A stretch of 64,000 nt of DNA from Candidatus Sericytochromatia bacterium (lineage in GTDB: Bacteria > Cyanobacteriota > Sericytochromatia > UBA7694): contig CAWCRG010000017.1 of NCBI GenBank assembly GCA_963797915.1, positions 299,074-363,073 of the forward strand, read 5' to 3'. The notes below the pieces were generated by a model. That model was not told the origin of the DNA. It searched no databases and saw only the letters and a list, made by a program, of their open reading frames with translations. Both the position numbers and the translations under genes were made by a program. Below are positions 18,772-29,163 of the stretch, one piece after another. Every line of letters begins with the position of its first letter. The stretch's first letter is position 1.

Positions 18772-20595
18772 GTGGACATTCAACAACAAGTTAATAATGT
18801 GAATATTCAAATTGCCACGGTCAACGGAACAGGCAGCCAATCGGCCAACCTGATTCTGATGCGCTCTATTTTTAATATGAGTGTACCCGTGGCCGCCAAG
18901 AATCTCTTCCCTTCAAATATTGCCGGGCTTCCCACCTGGTACACCGTCAGAGTGCACGAAAAAGGCTATCAGGCGAACCAGCAAGCTTGCGATATGATCG
19001 TTCTGATGAACCCGAATACCGTTTATGACGATATTCGCGCCCTGCGTCCCGGCGGGGTGGTGATTCACGATCAGGATATGAAAGTCGATCACGCGTTGCG
19101 AGAGGATCATATTAATTATGGGGTGCCCTTTGGCAGCCTGGTGAATGAAGCCACAGATAACGCCAAACTCAAGAAAAAAGTCGTCAATATGATCTATGTG
19201 GGGGTGTTGGCCCATCTGCTCGACATTGACCCGGCATCTATTGATCAGGCGGTGCAAAAGCAGTTCTCAGGCAAAGAAAAAGTGGTCAAGCTGAATGCTG
19301 AAGCGATTCGTATTGGCCGCGACTGGGCTGCCGAGCACTTAACCAAGCAAGATCCCTTTGTTTTGGAATCTGTGCCTGGCGCCACCGAAGGTAAAATACT
19401 CATTGAAGGCAATAACGCCACCGCCCTGGGGGCCTTAATGGGGGGCTGTACGTTCTTGTCCTGGTATCCTATTACCCCTTCGAGTTCTGTGTGTGAAGGT
19501 CTTATCGATTACTTCGGGGCTTTTCGCGTTAAAGACGATAAAAACCTTTATGCAGCGATACAAGCCGAAGATGAGATTGCAGCCATTGGCATGGTGTTGG
19601 GGGCTGGCTGGGCCGGTGCTCGGGCGATGACCGCTACTTCAGGCCCCGGTATTTCTCTCATGTCGGAACTGGCGGGCTATGCTTACTATGCCGAAATACC
19701 CAGCGTGATTGTCAATGTACAGCGCATGGGGCCAAGTACGGGCTTACCCACTCGCAACTCACAAGGTGATTTAACCTCTGCCTACGGTTTGTCTCATGGA
19801 GACACCCAGCATATTGTCTTGATTCCTGGCAATGTCGAAGAATGTTATACCATGGCCCAGGACGCTTTTGACCTGGCAGAACGCTTTCAAACCCTGGTGT
19901 TTTTACTGAGTGACTTGGATCTGGGCATGAACACCTGGATGGCTGAGCCTTTCAGTTATGCCACCCAAAGTCTGGACCGGGGTAAGGTCTTAGATGCTGC
20001 CGCTCTGGAGCAAGTGGAGCAGTTTCACCGTTACGCCGATGTCGACGGTGACGGCATTCCTTACCGAACCCTACCCGGCACCCGTCATGCGAAAGCGCCT
20101 TACTTTACGCGCGGCTCAGGTCACAACGCCCAGGCCAAATACACCGAAAAACCTGACGAATGGAAAGCTGGCCTGGATCGTTTGACCCAAAAATTTGCCA
20201 CGGCAGCAAAAGAGCTTCCTGCTCCTTTACTGCAAGTGGGAGACGGTCATACCGATTTCGCTTTAATTGCCTATGGCTCGACAGATGTTGCGATGCCAGA
20301 GGTTCTCGATATGCTTCAAGATCAGGGAGTCCAGCCCGATTATTTGAGGTTGCGGGCTTTGCCTTTTCATCCTCAAGTGCGCGCTTTTATTGAAGCTCAG
20401 GAACGGGTCTATATCCTTGAACAAAACCGGGACGGACAATTATTGCGTCTGTTGGCTGCGGAGTATCCCGATTTGGCGCCTCGCTTGCGTTCGGTTACCC
20501 ATTATGACGGCACCTTTGTAGACGCTTTGTCTTTAAGTAATGCGGTTCTTACTCATGAAAATATCTCACCAGTGGAGGCTATCGCCCATGTCTAA
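18772..20595 (+). CDS. korA: 2-oxoglutarate/2-oxoacid:ferredoxin oxidoreductase alpha subunit (KorA-type)
   Basis: 607-aa protein with the N-terminal gamma-like region, YPITPSS and TPP-enzyme motifs. A GTG start is preceded by AGGA. Confidence 0.8.
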   Translation: MDIQQQVNNVNIQIATVNGTGSQSANLILMRSIFNMSVPVAAKNLFPSNIAGLPTWYTVRVHEKGYQANQQACDMIVLMNPNTVYDDIRALRPGGVVIHDQDMKVDHALREDHINYGVPFGSLVNEATDNAKLKKKVVNMIYVGVLAHLLDIDPASIDQAVQKQFSGKEKVVKLNAEAIRIGRDWAAEHLTKQDPFVLESVPGATEGKILIEGNNATALGALMGGCTFLSWYPITPSSSVCEGLIDYFGAFRVKDDKNLYAAIQAEDEIAAIGMVLGAGWAGARAMTATSGPGISLMSELAGYAYYAEIPSVIVNVQRMGPSTGLPTRNSQGDLTSAYGLSHGDTQHIVLIPGNVEECYTMAQDAFDLAERFQTLVFLLSDLDLGMNTWMAEPFSYATQSLDRGKVLDAAALEQVEQFHRYADVDGDGIPYRTLPGTRHAKAPYFTRGSGHNAQAKYTEKPDEWKAGLDRLTQKFATAAKELPAPLLQVGDGHTDFALIAYGSTDVAMPEVLDMLQDQGVQPDYLRLRALPFHPQVRAFIEAQERVYILEQNRDGQLLRLLAAEYPDLAPRLRSVTHYDGTFVDALSLSNAVLTHENISPVEAIAHV

Positions 20596-21634
20596 CGTAT
20601 CAGCTAAATCGGCCAAACCGGCCAAAACCAATCACCTCGGATTATCCAAAGCGGATTACCAGGGGGGGCCCACCACCCTGTGTCCCGGTTGTGGTCACAA
20701 CGCGATTTCAAATCATATTATTCAGGCCTGTTACGAAGCGGGTGTCGATCCTGCCATGCTGGGTAAATTTAGCGGGATTGGCTGCTCTAGCAAGACCCCC
20801 GCTTATTTTGTAAGCCAGGCTCACGCGTTTAATTCGGCCCACGGTCGCATGCCCTCTGTAACCACGGGAGCCCTGGTGGCCAACCACAAGCTTGTGGGAC
20901 TGTCTGTCAGTGGCGATGGAGATACCGCCAGTATTGGTATTGGGCAGTTTATTCACGTGATTCGGCGTAATTTAGATATGGTTTATATTATCGAAAATAA
21001 CGGTGTCTATGGCTTAACCAAAGGGCAGTTTTCTGCCACCGCAGATCTGGGTAGTGTCTTAAAAAAAGGCGCAGAGAACCCCTTTGAACCTGTCGACCTC
21101 TGTGGTTTGGCGATTGAGCTTGGATGTGGCTTTGTAGCTCGCTCCTTCTCAGGCGACAAAAAGCAGCTGGTGCCCCTCATTCAAGCGGCCTTATCGTTCC
21201 GGGGAACGGCCGTTATTGATGTGGTGAGCCCTTGCGTCACCTTTAACGATCACAGTGGTTCCACCAAAAGTTATGAGTACGTCAAGGAAAACGATCAGCC
21301 TTTACAAGAACTGGATTTTATTCCTCACTTTGACGAAATAGAAGTCGATTACACCGACGCTGTGGATGTAAAGCTACATGATGGTTCTCACCTCAAACTC
21401 AAAAAACTGGGCAATGATTACGACCCTAAGGATCGCTTAGACGCCATGCGTCAAATTAAGGTGAATCATGAAGCCGGACATTTGCCCACCGGGCTGTTGT
21501 ACTATAACGACGCCAAAACGCCCTTTGATGAGGTTTTAAATCTGTCTGATACCCCATTGTCGTTATTGCCCACCGAGGATTTGCGCCCGACCCAGGCTCA
21601 GTTTGACGCGGTGATGCAGCGTTTTATGGGATAA
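20588..21634 (+). CDS. korB: 2-oxoacid:ferredoxin oxidoreductase beta subunit (TPP-binding)
   Basis: CPGCGH motif, GDGD TPP-binding motif; ATG at 20588 overlaps the korA stop. Confidence 0.8.
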   Translation: MSNVSAKSAKPAKTNHLGLSKADYQGGPTTLCPGCGHNAISNHIIQACYEAGVDPAMLGKFSGIGCSSKTPAYFVSQAHAFNSAHGRMPSVTTGALVANHKLVGLSVSGDGDTASIGIGQFIHVIRRNLDMVYIIENNGVYGLTKGQFSATADLGSVLKKGAENPFEPVDLCGLAIELGCGFVARSFSGDKKQLVPLIQAALSFRGTAVIDVVSPCVTFNDHSGSTKSYEYVKENDQPLQELDFIPHFDEIEVDYTDAVDVKLHDGSHLKLKKLGNDYDPKDRLDAMRQIKVNHEAGHLPTGLLYYNDAKTPFDEVLNLSDTPLSLLPTEDLRPTQAQFDAVMQRFMG

Positions 21635-21643
21635 CCACAGCGG

Positions 21644-22210
21644 GTGATGTTTGAAACCGATCGGCTGATCTTGCGTCCCCTATACGAAGCGGATTATGAG
21701 GCCTGGGTAAGCGGATACGCCCAGGCCTTACCTGCTCAGGGGCCTTTCGACAGTGCTCCGCTGTCTGAAGCGCAATTAACCGAAGACTGCTATAAAAGCT
21801 TACTCTGGTCAGACTGGCAGGCCTTTGAAGCGGGGTGGTCTTTTAATTTTTATGCCTTTCGTAAAGACGCTGGTGATTTTATAGGCGCCTCTCAAGTTTG
21901 GGGGGTACAACGGGGCGACTGTCAACGCGGAACCCTGGGCTTTTGGGTGTTTAATACCCATTGGCGACAGGGTTTGGGTTACGAAATGGCGGCGGCGACC
22001 CTGGCTTATGGTTTTCGTGATTTAGGTCTACATCGTATTGAGGCAGAGGTTTTACCGGAGAATGAAGCTTCTGTAATCTTATGTCACAAACTGGGAATGA
22101 AGCCCGAAAGCCTTCGCAGGGGCGCTTTACGCGTAGCGGGTACCTGGCGAGATCACGCGGTTTTTGCGGCGCTGGCGTCTGACGTGCCCGCGCCAAAGCC
22201 AGGCGTTTAA
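21644..22210 (+). CDS. GNAT family N-acetyltransferase (RimJ/RimL-like)
   Basis: 188-aa protein with the characteristic acetyl-CoA-binding segment (QRGTLGFWVF… QGLGYEMAAA). Confidence 0.7.
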   Translation: MMFETDRLILRPLYEADYEAWVSGYAQALPAQGPFDSAPLSEAQLTEDCYKSLLWSDWQAFEAGWSFNFYAFRKDAGDFIGASQVWGVQRGDCQRGTLGFWVFNTHWRQGLGYEMAAATLAYGFRDLGLHRIEAEVLPENEASVILCHKLGMKPESLRRGALRVAGTWRDHAVFAALASDVPAPKPGV

Positions 22211-22364
22211 ATGCAAAATATAAAAATTTCGAACTTTTTTACTCGCCGCGTCATAAAAAGCCTTGCCTTTTTACGCGCCGTGTTATAAACTAATAATATA
22301 AGAAAAGCGAACACCTCGAAAAGGTCAAAAAGTATCGCAAACGGATAAATCAGGAGATATTAAC

Positions 22365-22772
22365 ATGGATATTCTTAAAAGAGCCAGTCTATTAACCGCG
22401 GAGTTTATTTCTCTAAGCGCAGATAAAGTACAAGAAGTTGCTGACGAGTTTGTGAAAAAAGGAACCCTTCACGATAGCGAAGCCAAAAAGTTCGTTTCTG
22501 AAGTGCGTGATAACCTCGAAAGTCGCGAAAAAGAATTCACCCAGCGTTGGGAAAACATGGTGTCTAGCGTTCACCAATTGGGTACCACCCTCGGTATTTC
22601 CAAGGTCGAAAAAGACAATCTCGACGATCGTATCGATGAGTTAGAGCGTCATGTAGACGAACTTAAAATCCGTCGTACGACCCTGAGCAAAGAAATCGAA
22701 AAAGACGAAGTTTTGGCCACTGCCTCTGCCCAAACTTCAAGCAAAATTGCTGCTTCTACTCCCAAGAAGTAA
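22365..22772 (+). CDS. Hypothetical coiled-coil protein (phasin-like?)
   Basis: 135 aa, highly charged and predicted helical. Followed by a terminator. Confidence 0.4.
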   Translation: MDILKRASLLTAEFISLSADKVQEVADEFVKKGTLHDSEAKKFVSEVRDNLESREKEFTQRWENMVSSVHQLGTTLGISKVEKDNLDDRIDELERHVDELKIRRTTLSKEIEKDEVLATASAQTSSKIAASTPKK

Positions 22773-22796
22773 GCATCTGAAACCCTTGCATTAACC

Positions 22797-22837
22797 CCCC
22801 CGGGGCTCCATGACTTTGTCAGGAGCCCTTTTTTTCA
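22797..22837 (+). terminator. Rho-independent terminator
   Basis: Stem ggggctcc…ggagccc followed by ttttttt, directly after the 22365..22772 ORF. Confidence 0.45.
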
Positions 22838-22931
22838 TGGGGGTTGTCAAAGGAATATTGGCAATTGTTCAAAAAATAGGGCATAATGCCATAAATCACT
22901 CGCGAGATGATCAAAAAGGAACTTTAACCCC

Positions 22932-23249
22932 ATGATACTGCTTACAAATATTGAAACGATTCCCGGTAAAAAGATTGTTGAACATTATGGTGTTGTCAGC
23001 GGAAGCACGGTCAGAGCTAAGCATGTAGGCCGTGACTTTATGGCCTCGCTTAAGAATTTGGTGGGTGGAGAATTGACGGGCTATACTGAATTACTCAGTG
23101 AAGCACGGGAAGAAGCCACGAAACGTATGCGTCAACAAGCTGAGGCGCTGGGGGCCAATGCCGTCGTGAATATTCGCTACTCAACATCTTCGGTGGCAGC
23201 CGGTGCTGCCGAACTTTATATTTACGGCACGGCAGTGCGGATAGAGTAG
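22932..23249 (+). CDS. YbjQ/UPF0145 (DUF74) family protein
   Basis: 105-aa protein with the family-typical GGELTGYTELLSEAREEA and IYGTAV segments. Confidence 0.7.
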   Translation: MILLTNIETIPGKKIVEHYGVVSGSTVRAKHVGRDFMASLKNLVGGELTGYTELLSEAREEATKRMRQQAEALGANAVVNIRYSTSSVAAGAAELYIYGTAVRIE

Positions 23250-23258
23250 GTACTTACG

Positions 23259-23738
23259 ATGGCACTCGTTCTTAATTTAATTATTTTTCTGGGACTCCTG
23301 GCCATTGGCTACTTTTTTGGACAGCAAGCAGAAAAAAAACACTATCTCAGTATTAACGCCCGTGAAAAAGAATACCGCGCCCTGCCTTTGATTAATCTCA
23401 AAAATCCTGATTTTTTAGAGCAAGATGTAGAATTAGCGGTACTGGTCACCGGCAATATGGTGGTGGCCGTGGATTATTTTAAAGTCTTTGTGGCGGCCTT
23501 GCAAAATCTTTTTGGGGGCCATGTTACGCAGTACGAGCCCCTTGTGGATAGAGCCCGCCGGGAGGCGACGTTACGTATGCAGGAAGAAGCGCTGCGTCAC
23601 GGGGCCGACTTGGTTATGAATGTGCGTTTAGATACCAGCTTTTTGGGCGATATGCACAAACGCAAATCGGGTGTGGGCAGTATTGAGTCGATTGCTTATG
23701 GCACCGCCATTCGCTACAAAGCCAAGCAGCTGTCTTAA
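23259..23738 (+). CDS. Membrane-anchored YbjQ/UPF0145-like paralog
   Basis: N-terminal TM helix followed by a YbjQ-like domain (GGHVTQYEPLVDRARREA… AYGTAIR). Confidence 0.6.
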   Translation: MALVLNLIIFLGLLAIGYFFGQQAEKKHYLSINAREKEYRALPLINLKNPDFLEQDVELAVLVTGNMVVAVDYFKVFVAALQNLFGGHVTQYEPLVDRARREATLRMQEEALRHGADLVMNVRLDTSFLGDMHKRKSGVGSIESIAYGTAIRYKAKQLS

Positions 23739-24567
23739 TGCAGTACGTTCCGACACCCCTTCCCGAAGAAAATGTGAATGTCTCCAGGCGCTCGCCGCTT
23801 TGGGATTTGACCACTCTATTGGGTGGTGTGTTATTGATTTTGCTTTTGGTCTACTGGCTGCTTGGTTTTGCGGTGGATTATTATGTGCCGCGTCTTTCCA
23901 TTGAAAGAGAATCCCAGCTGGGGCAGTCTTTTTCAACGGCTTTTGAGCATGAGCTTACGGCGGTTCAGGCTCGAAAACAGGCCTACTTACAAAACCTAAT
24001 GAACGCTCTCGTCAAAGAAAAATACGGGAACACGCCGCATTTGGATTATCGTATTCATCTCAATCCAGAGCCCGAGTCCAATGCTTTTGCTTTTCCCGGG
24101 GGGCACATCGTGGTCATGGAGGGCCTGGTGGATCAGGCCAGTTCTGAAAATGAGCTGGTTTTTGTATTGGGCCATGAAATGGGACATCTGCATCATCGTC
24201 ACAATTTGCGTGCCATGGGGAGAAGCTTGATCTTCTCTATCATGACAGAAGCTGTTTTGGGGGGACCAGCGGCATTAGCAAAAATGTATCCAGCTTTACG
24301 CAGGGCTTGCAATATGGTTTTTCTCGGGCCCAGGAGCTAGAGGCTGACCTCACGGGGATTGATGCGAGTTATGCCCATTATCATCATGTGGGGGGGGCGC
24401 TAGATTTTCTGACGCGCCATCAAAAGGAAGCGGGCTTTGCCGGTTCTCAACTCGGACAGTATTTCGCCTCTCATCCCCATCCTGAGGGCCGCATTGAGCG
24501 ATTAGAAGCGCAGTTTGCCCAAAACCAGTGGACGTTAAAACCCATCAAACCCCTGCCCAATTTTTAG
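23738..24567 (+). CDS. M48-family zinc metallopeptidase, reading frame interrupted near 24290-24305
   Basis: HEMGHLHHRH (HExxH) lies in ORF 23738..24340. The downstream FSRAQELEAD motif typical of M48 lies in ORF 24307..24567 in another frame. A single frameshift joins them. Confidence 0.6.
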
Positions 24568-24579
24568 AGCTTTAGCAGC

Positions 24580-25275
24580 TTAGGTACCGATTACCGTGTC
24601 GGGCAAAATAACAAAAAAGAACACGCTGAGATAATGGCAGAGTGAACCCGCCATGACACACAAATGCCAAATAGCGTGGGCGTATTTAAATTTGTGGTCA
24701 AACAAGTAAAAGAGTGAGCCCAGGGTGTAAAAAATACCGCCTGTGCCTAAAAGGGCCAGGCCCTGCCAGCCAATACTGTAGTAAAGATCTTTCATAAAAA
24801 ACACACACATCCAGCCCATGGCAATATAAGCGAGGGTTGATAAGACGTCGGATTTATAAAAGAAAAAGACCTTGTATAACACACCAATCACCGCAATGAG
24901 CCAGATCAATCCCAACATAATCCATGATTTGGTGCTGTTGAGAGAAACCATTAAATAAGGCGTGTAGCTGCCCGCGATCAGCAAGTAGATGGCGCTGTGA
25001 TCCACAACTTCCAGGGCTTTTTTCCAGGGCACGTCTATGGCAAGTGATGTATGAAACAGGAGCGAGCCAATATACATGACAATTAACGTGGCGCTATAGG
25101 TGCTTGCCGCAAAGATTTTTGTTATCGAGTGGCTTTGCACTGCCAGGCCCACGAGGGTGCCAAAACCAATCAGACTCAACAGCAGCCCAAATCCGTGCAG
25201 GGTAATATTCAAAATTTCTTCTTGAACCTGTGATTCAAGCGGAGGGGTAAGAACAGGTACTGTCGATTTTTTCAT
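24580..25275 (-). CDS. Hemolysin III / PAQR family channel protein
   Basis: Seven-TM protein with LDHSAIYLLIAGSYTP and HAIWH motifs. Probable start is MKKSTVPV at 25275; the ORF extends further, to 25371. Confidence 0.75.
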   Translation of the reverse strand: MKKSTVPVLTPPLESQVQEEILNITLHGFGLLLSLIGFGTLVGLAVQSHSITKIFAASTYSATLIVMYIGSLLFHTSLAIDVPWKKALEVVDHSAIYLLIAGSYTPYLMVSLNSTKSWIMLGLIWLIAVIGVLYKVFFFYKSDVLSTLAYIAMGWMCVFFMKDLYYSIGWQGLALLGTGGIFYTLGSLFYLFDHKFKYAHAIWHLCVMAGSLCHYLSVFFFVILPDTVIGT

Positions 25276-25465
25276 ACTTATCATTTTATGCGTTGCGTCA
25301 TTTTTGTGCAAGTTTTTCTTTTGTAGTGCCCCTTTTAGCCAGATCTTAACCTGAAATGTGATACATTGCACAGTAAGGTTAAGAGAAAGTTATTAACCTA
25401 AAATTAACCTTGCCAGAGAATCCCTCCTATCTCATTAAACACAAAAGAAAGCCCCATGTTTAAAT

Positions 25466-26984
25466 ATGTTTAATCCACTTGTTTCCACGCCTAAAAACAC
25501 CCATACCTCTGACTTTAATGCCCAGGCGCGCGCTCCTTTTTTTGAGGCCTTAAAGGCTTATACCGAAAAAGATATGGTGGGTTTTCATACTCCAGGACAT
25601 AAATATGGAGCCGGTATTGATCCTGAGTTTCTGGACTTTGTGGGGCGAAAAACCTTTGAGATTGATCTTTGTGAACTGCCTGAAGTGGATAATCTCCATG
25701 ACCCGGAGCACGTGTTAAAAGAGGCGATGGAGCTGGCAGCCCAGGCTTATGGCGTGCAGCACAGCTTTTTTCTGGTGAACGGCTCCACCTGTGGAAACAA
25801 CACCATGGTGCTGACGGTATGCGATCCCGGAGACAAAATTTTGATTCCCCGAAATGTTCACAAATCGGTGATTAGCGGCATTTTGCTGAGCGGGGCTATT
25901 CCTGTTTATATTACCCCGACCTGGGATCGCGAGCTTGGAATCGACCATAACCTAACCCCTGAGGCGGTAGAGGCGGCTTTAAATCGTTACCCTGATGTCA
26001 AAGGCCTTTTTGTGGTGAACCCCACCTATTATGGCGTAAGTTCTGATTTGCGGCGCATTGCCGAGATCTGTCATCGCCACGGCAAGCCCCTGCTGGTGGA
26101 CGAAGCCCATGGCCCTCATTTGCACTTTCATGAAGACTACCCCTTGTCTGCAGTGGATGTGGGCGCCGATATGGTGGTGCAGTCTACCCATAAAATTATT
26201 GCGGGCATGACCCAGAGTTCAATGCTGCACATTAACGAAGGCCGTGTTAATCTCAATCGGGCCCGCAAAGTGTTGCAGTTAATGCAGAGTACGAGTCCCA
26301 ATTATTTATTGATGGCCTCTTTAGATACCGCTCGACGCCAGATGGCGCTGCACGGTCAAACCCTTTTGCAGCACGCCTTAGATATTTCTCGCTGGGCCCG
26401 TACCGAGCTCAACAAAATTCCGGGTATTCATTGTTTTGGCACCGAGCGCGTGGGCTTTCCGGGCCTGTTTGCCCTGGATGAAAGCAAGCTTACGATGAAT
26501 GTTTCTGACCTGGGAGTCTCTGGCTTTGATTTTTGTGACTGGCTCAATGAGCGCTATGGCATACAGTCAGAAATGGGCACCCTGACTAACGTTTTAGAAA
26601 TTGTCACTTTTGCCAATACCCATGACGAAATGGTTCGTCTGGTCGAGGCCGTGCGAGGAATTTCTCAGGACATACATACCCAGGGGATTCCCCGCCAGGC
26701 GCTGCCTCTACTTGCAGCAAATGGATCTGCCTGACTTACCTCAAGCTGTTTTAACCCCTCGTGAAGCCTTTTACGCCACGGTAGACACCGTGCCCTTTGC
26801 ACAATCGGCAGGCCGAATCTGTACCGAAGTCGTTTCTCCCTATCCACCAGGTATTCCGATTTTGGTGCCCGGCGAACGCATTACCCAGGAGCTGGTGGAC
26901 TATTTACAGTTGGTGTATCGCCACGGCGGGTTTATTAACGGGCCTGACGATGTCCGCCTCAACACCATTAAAGTGGTGGCTTAG
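25466..26984 (+). CDS. PLP-dependent Orn/Lys/Arg decarboxylase (SpeA/YaaO-like), frameshift near 26720-26730
   Basis: HTPGHK motif and the major domain in ORF 25466..26734. The C-terminal OKR_DC_1_C-like region (AVLTPREAFYA…) continues in ORF 26601..26984 in another frame. Confidence 0.75.
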
Positions 26985-27862
26985 AGCATCCAGCCGATGG
27001 CAAACAAGAAACTATAAATCAGCAGGCATTTGCCCGTTTCCCCCAGCATCGGATTGAGTGCGGGGTCTGCGTCTAAACGAAAGACTTTCAGCAAGTTGGG
27101 TATACAGAGTACAAACGTAAAGCTGGCAGCGAGGGAGTAGGGGTGCTTCTCGGGGGTGAAGTAGAAGATTATCCAGGGAATTAAACACGCGATCAAACAA
27201 CATAAAAAATACTCTATGCGTACGACATTTGCGCCAAAGCGAACCGCCAGTGTGCGCTTATTGCTTTCGGCATCGGTGAGACGGTCCCGCAGATTGTTTA
27301 CCGCCAGAATCGCTGTCGAAAAAAGCCCGGGTCCTAAAGAGGCTAAAAAGATAGCGCTGTTGAGTTGTAAGGTTTGCACATAATAGGTGCCGACGGTGGC
27401 GACCACGCCAAAAAACACCAGTACAAAAATATCGCCTAAACCGAGATAGGCCAGAGCGTAGGGCCCGGCGGTATAGAGCACGCCGCTAATGACCGACAAA
27501 CACCCTAAAATAAAGACCGGCCAGCCCCCGATATAGCTTAAATAGAGGCCTGGAACGGCTACCAGGGCAAACATGAGAATAAAAGCGTTACGCACGGTCT
27601 CAGGCGCAATCAGGCCCGCCTGAGTGACCCGTGTGGGGCCTAATCGCGTGCTTGTATCAGCCCCTTGTACAAAGTCGAAATAATCATTGGCAAAATTGGT
27701 GCCCAGCTGTAGTAGTAGGGACCCCACCAGGCAGGCGAGCATGGCCCACCAGGCAATACCGCTGCTTTTAAAGGCCATCGCCGTGGCAACCACCACGGGA
27801 GCTACCGCTGCACCCAGGGTTTTGGGCCGCGAGGCCATGAGCCAGAGTTTCCAGGTTTTCAT
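26981..27862 (-). CDS. menA: 1,4-dihydroxy-2-naphthoate octaprenyltransferase (UbiA superfamily)
   Basis: 293-aa polytopic membrane protein with NDYFD and DxxxD-like motifs (NNLRDRLTD); overall MenA-like. Confidence 0.7.
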   Translation of the reverse strand: MKTWKLWLMASRPKTLGAAVAPVVVATAMAFKSSGIAWWAMLACLVGSLLLQLGTNFANDYFDFVQGADTSTRLGPTRVTQAGLIAPETVRNAFILMFALVAVPGLYLSYIGGWPVFILGCLSVISGVLYTAGPYALAYLGLGDIFVLVFFGVVATVGTYYVQTLQLNSAIFLASLGPGLFSTAILAVNNLRDRLTDAESNKRTLAVRFGANVVRIEYFLCCLIACLIPWIIFYFTPEKHPYSLAASFTFVLCIPNLLKVFRLDADPALNPMLGETGKCLLIYSFLFAIGWML

Positions 27863-28380
27863 GGGTTGTTACTTTCTATTGAAACGTTATAGACCCATCC
27901 CAAAGCCGGGGTCCAGTTTACTTCGGCCAGACGCTTTGCTGACAAGAGGGGCGGATGCAGGTCAAGTTGTGCAGATAGCTCGCTCAAGAGCATTTCTATC
28001 GCCGAGGGCACAGCTGTTGGCATGGATATTGTCTCCTTGATGACTTGTGTTAAACGGAGCCCCTCGTCGTTGTAGGTCCATTGTTTCTGATCAGCGGCAA
28101 ACGTATACTCCCATTCTCCCCACAGGTTTTTATCCACCCACTGGCCTTGAATACCGATTAGTTGAATCCCCGTGCCGGTGTTTTCTTGCAGCATGCTGTA
28201 ATACGCTCTGGCATAAGCGCTCAGAGCATCTCGCTTCCCGTTTGTGCCTTTGCTTAAAAGGGGGAGTGGTGGGTCGGCGTCTCCTGGGGGATTTGTGTCG
28301 CTGGCATTTGGTAAGGCGCATCCAGAGTTTGCGCAGAGCAAAAGGCCCGCAAGCAGGTGAAAAAATATTTGCTTAATCAT
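27859..28380 (-). CDS. Lipoprotein, hypothetical
   Basis: Signal peptide with lipobox (LLCANSGC); stop overlaps the menA start. Confidence 0.5.
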   Translation of the reverse strand: MIKQIFFHLLAGLLLCANSGCALPNASDTNPPGDADPPLPLLSKGTNGKRDALSAYARAYYSMLQENTGTGIQLIGIQGQWVDKNLWGEWEYTFAADQKQWTYNDEGLRLTQVIKETISMPTAVPSAIEMLLSELSAQLDLHPPLLSAKRLAEVNWTPALGWVYNVSIESNNP

Positions 28381-28542
28381 TGTTTAATAAACTTAAATTG
28401 TTCTTACCTCTCATTTTAACAGGCAAAACAGCTACTTTCATTAACTTTTTTGATAAAGCGTCTAAAAAACGCTTGCAATTTAAGATTAAAAATATTAAGA
28501 TAAAGATAACAAAGTTAAATAAAGATTATGCAGGTTAAATAA

Positions 28543-28998
28543 ATGCGTTTAAGCACCGCCCAGAACACACAAAACTTAGGCACTTTTCACTTTCAGGACA
28601 CCGCTTTTAAATCCGGCGATAGCAGCAAGGACCGCCAGTCTGGTAACGCGATGTATGCGCCTTATGAGCAGGGTGATCAGGTTCATTTTCAAAACCGCAC
28701 TGCGCCTCTGCATTATGCAGCACCGGCTCAACCCTCTGAACTGATGCTTTTTATTGAGCGTTTACTTTCCCTCGATATTCGTTTTTATACCTCTATTGTT
28801 GCCACCGTATTGTTTGCGGTTTTTCTCCAGGCCTTCAGTGGCTTGAGCGTTGTGCTTGTGGCACTCATTGCCGTTCCCTTCTTTTTGGTGTGGTATGTCA
28901 TGAGCTTCTTTAACTTTCAACGGGTGATGGATAATGTAAACCATGCTCAGGCCATGCGATCTCGCCAGCACAGTATGCAGATTCCTGCTACTTTTTAA
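28543..28998 (+). CDS. Hypothetical membrane protein
   Basis: 151 aa with two hydrophobic helices in the C-terminal half; followed by a terminator. Confidence 0.4.
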   Translation: MRLSTAQNTQNLGTFHFQDTAFKSGDSSKDRQSGNAMYAPYEQGDQVHFQNRTAPLHYAAPAQPSELMLFIERLLSLDIRFYTSIVATVLFAVFLQAFSGLSVVLVALIAVPFFLVWYVMSFFNFQRVMDNVNHAQAMRSRQHSMQIPATF

Positions 28999-29021
28999 AC
29001 CCTTTAAACTTTGATTTAACC

Positions 29022-29057
29022 TTGCAAGACCGTTTTTAATAACGGTCTTTTTTTTTG
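29022..29057 (+). terminator. Rho-independent terminator
   Basis: Stem caagaccgtt…aacggtctt followed by a T9 run. Confidence 0.45.
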
Positions 29058-29163
29058 TGTAAAAAAATAGGTGTTTACAATAAGTATTTTGTTGACTTTA
29101 TGTAAACAAATGACTATAATAAAATTAGAACACGAAAAATCGTTTTCAAAGGAGAAATTATTT

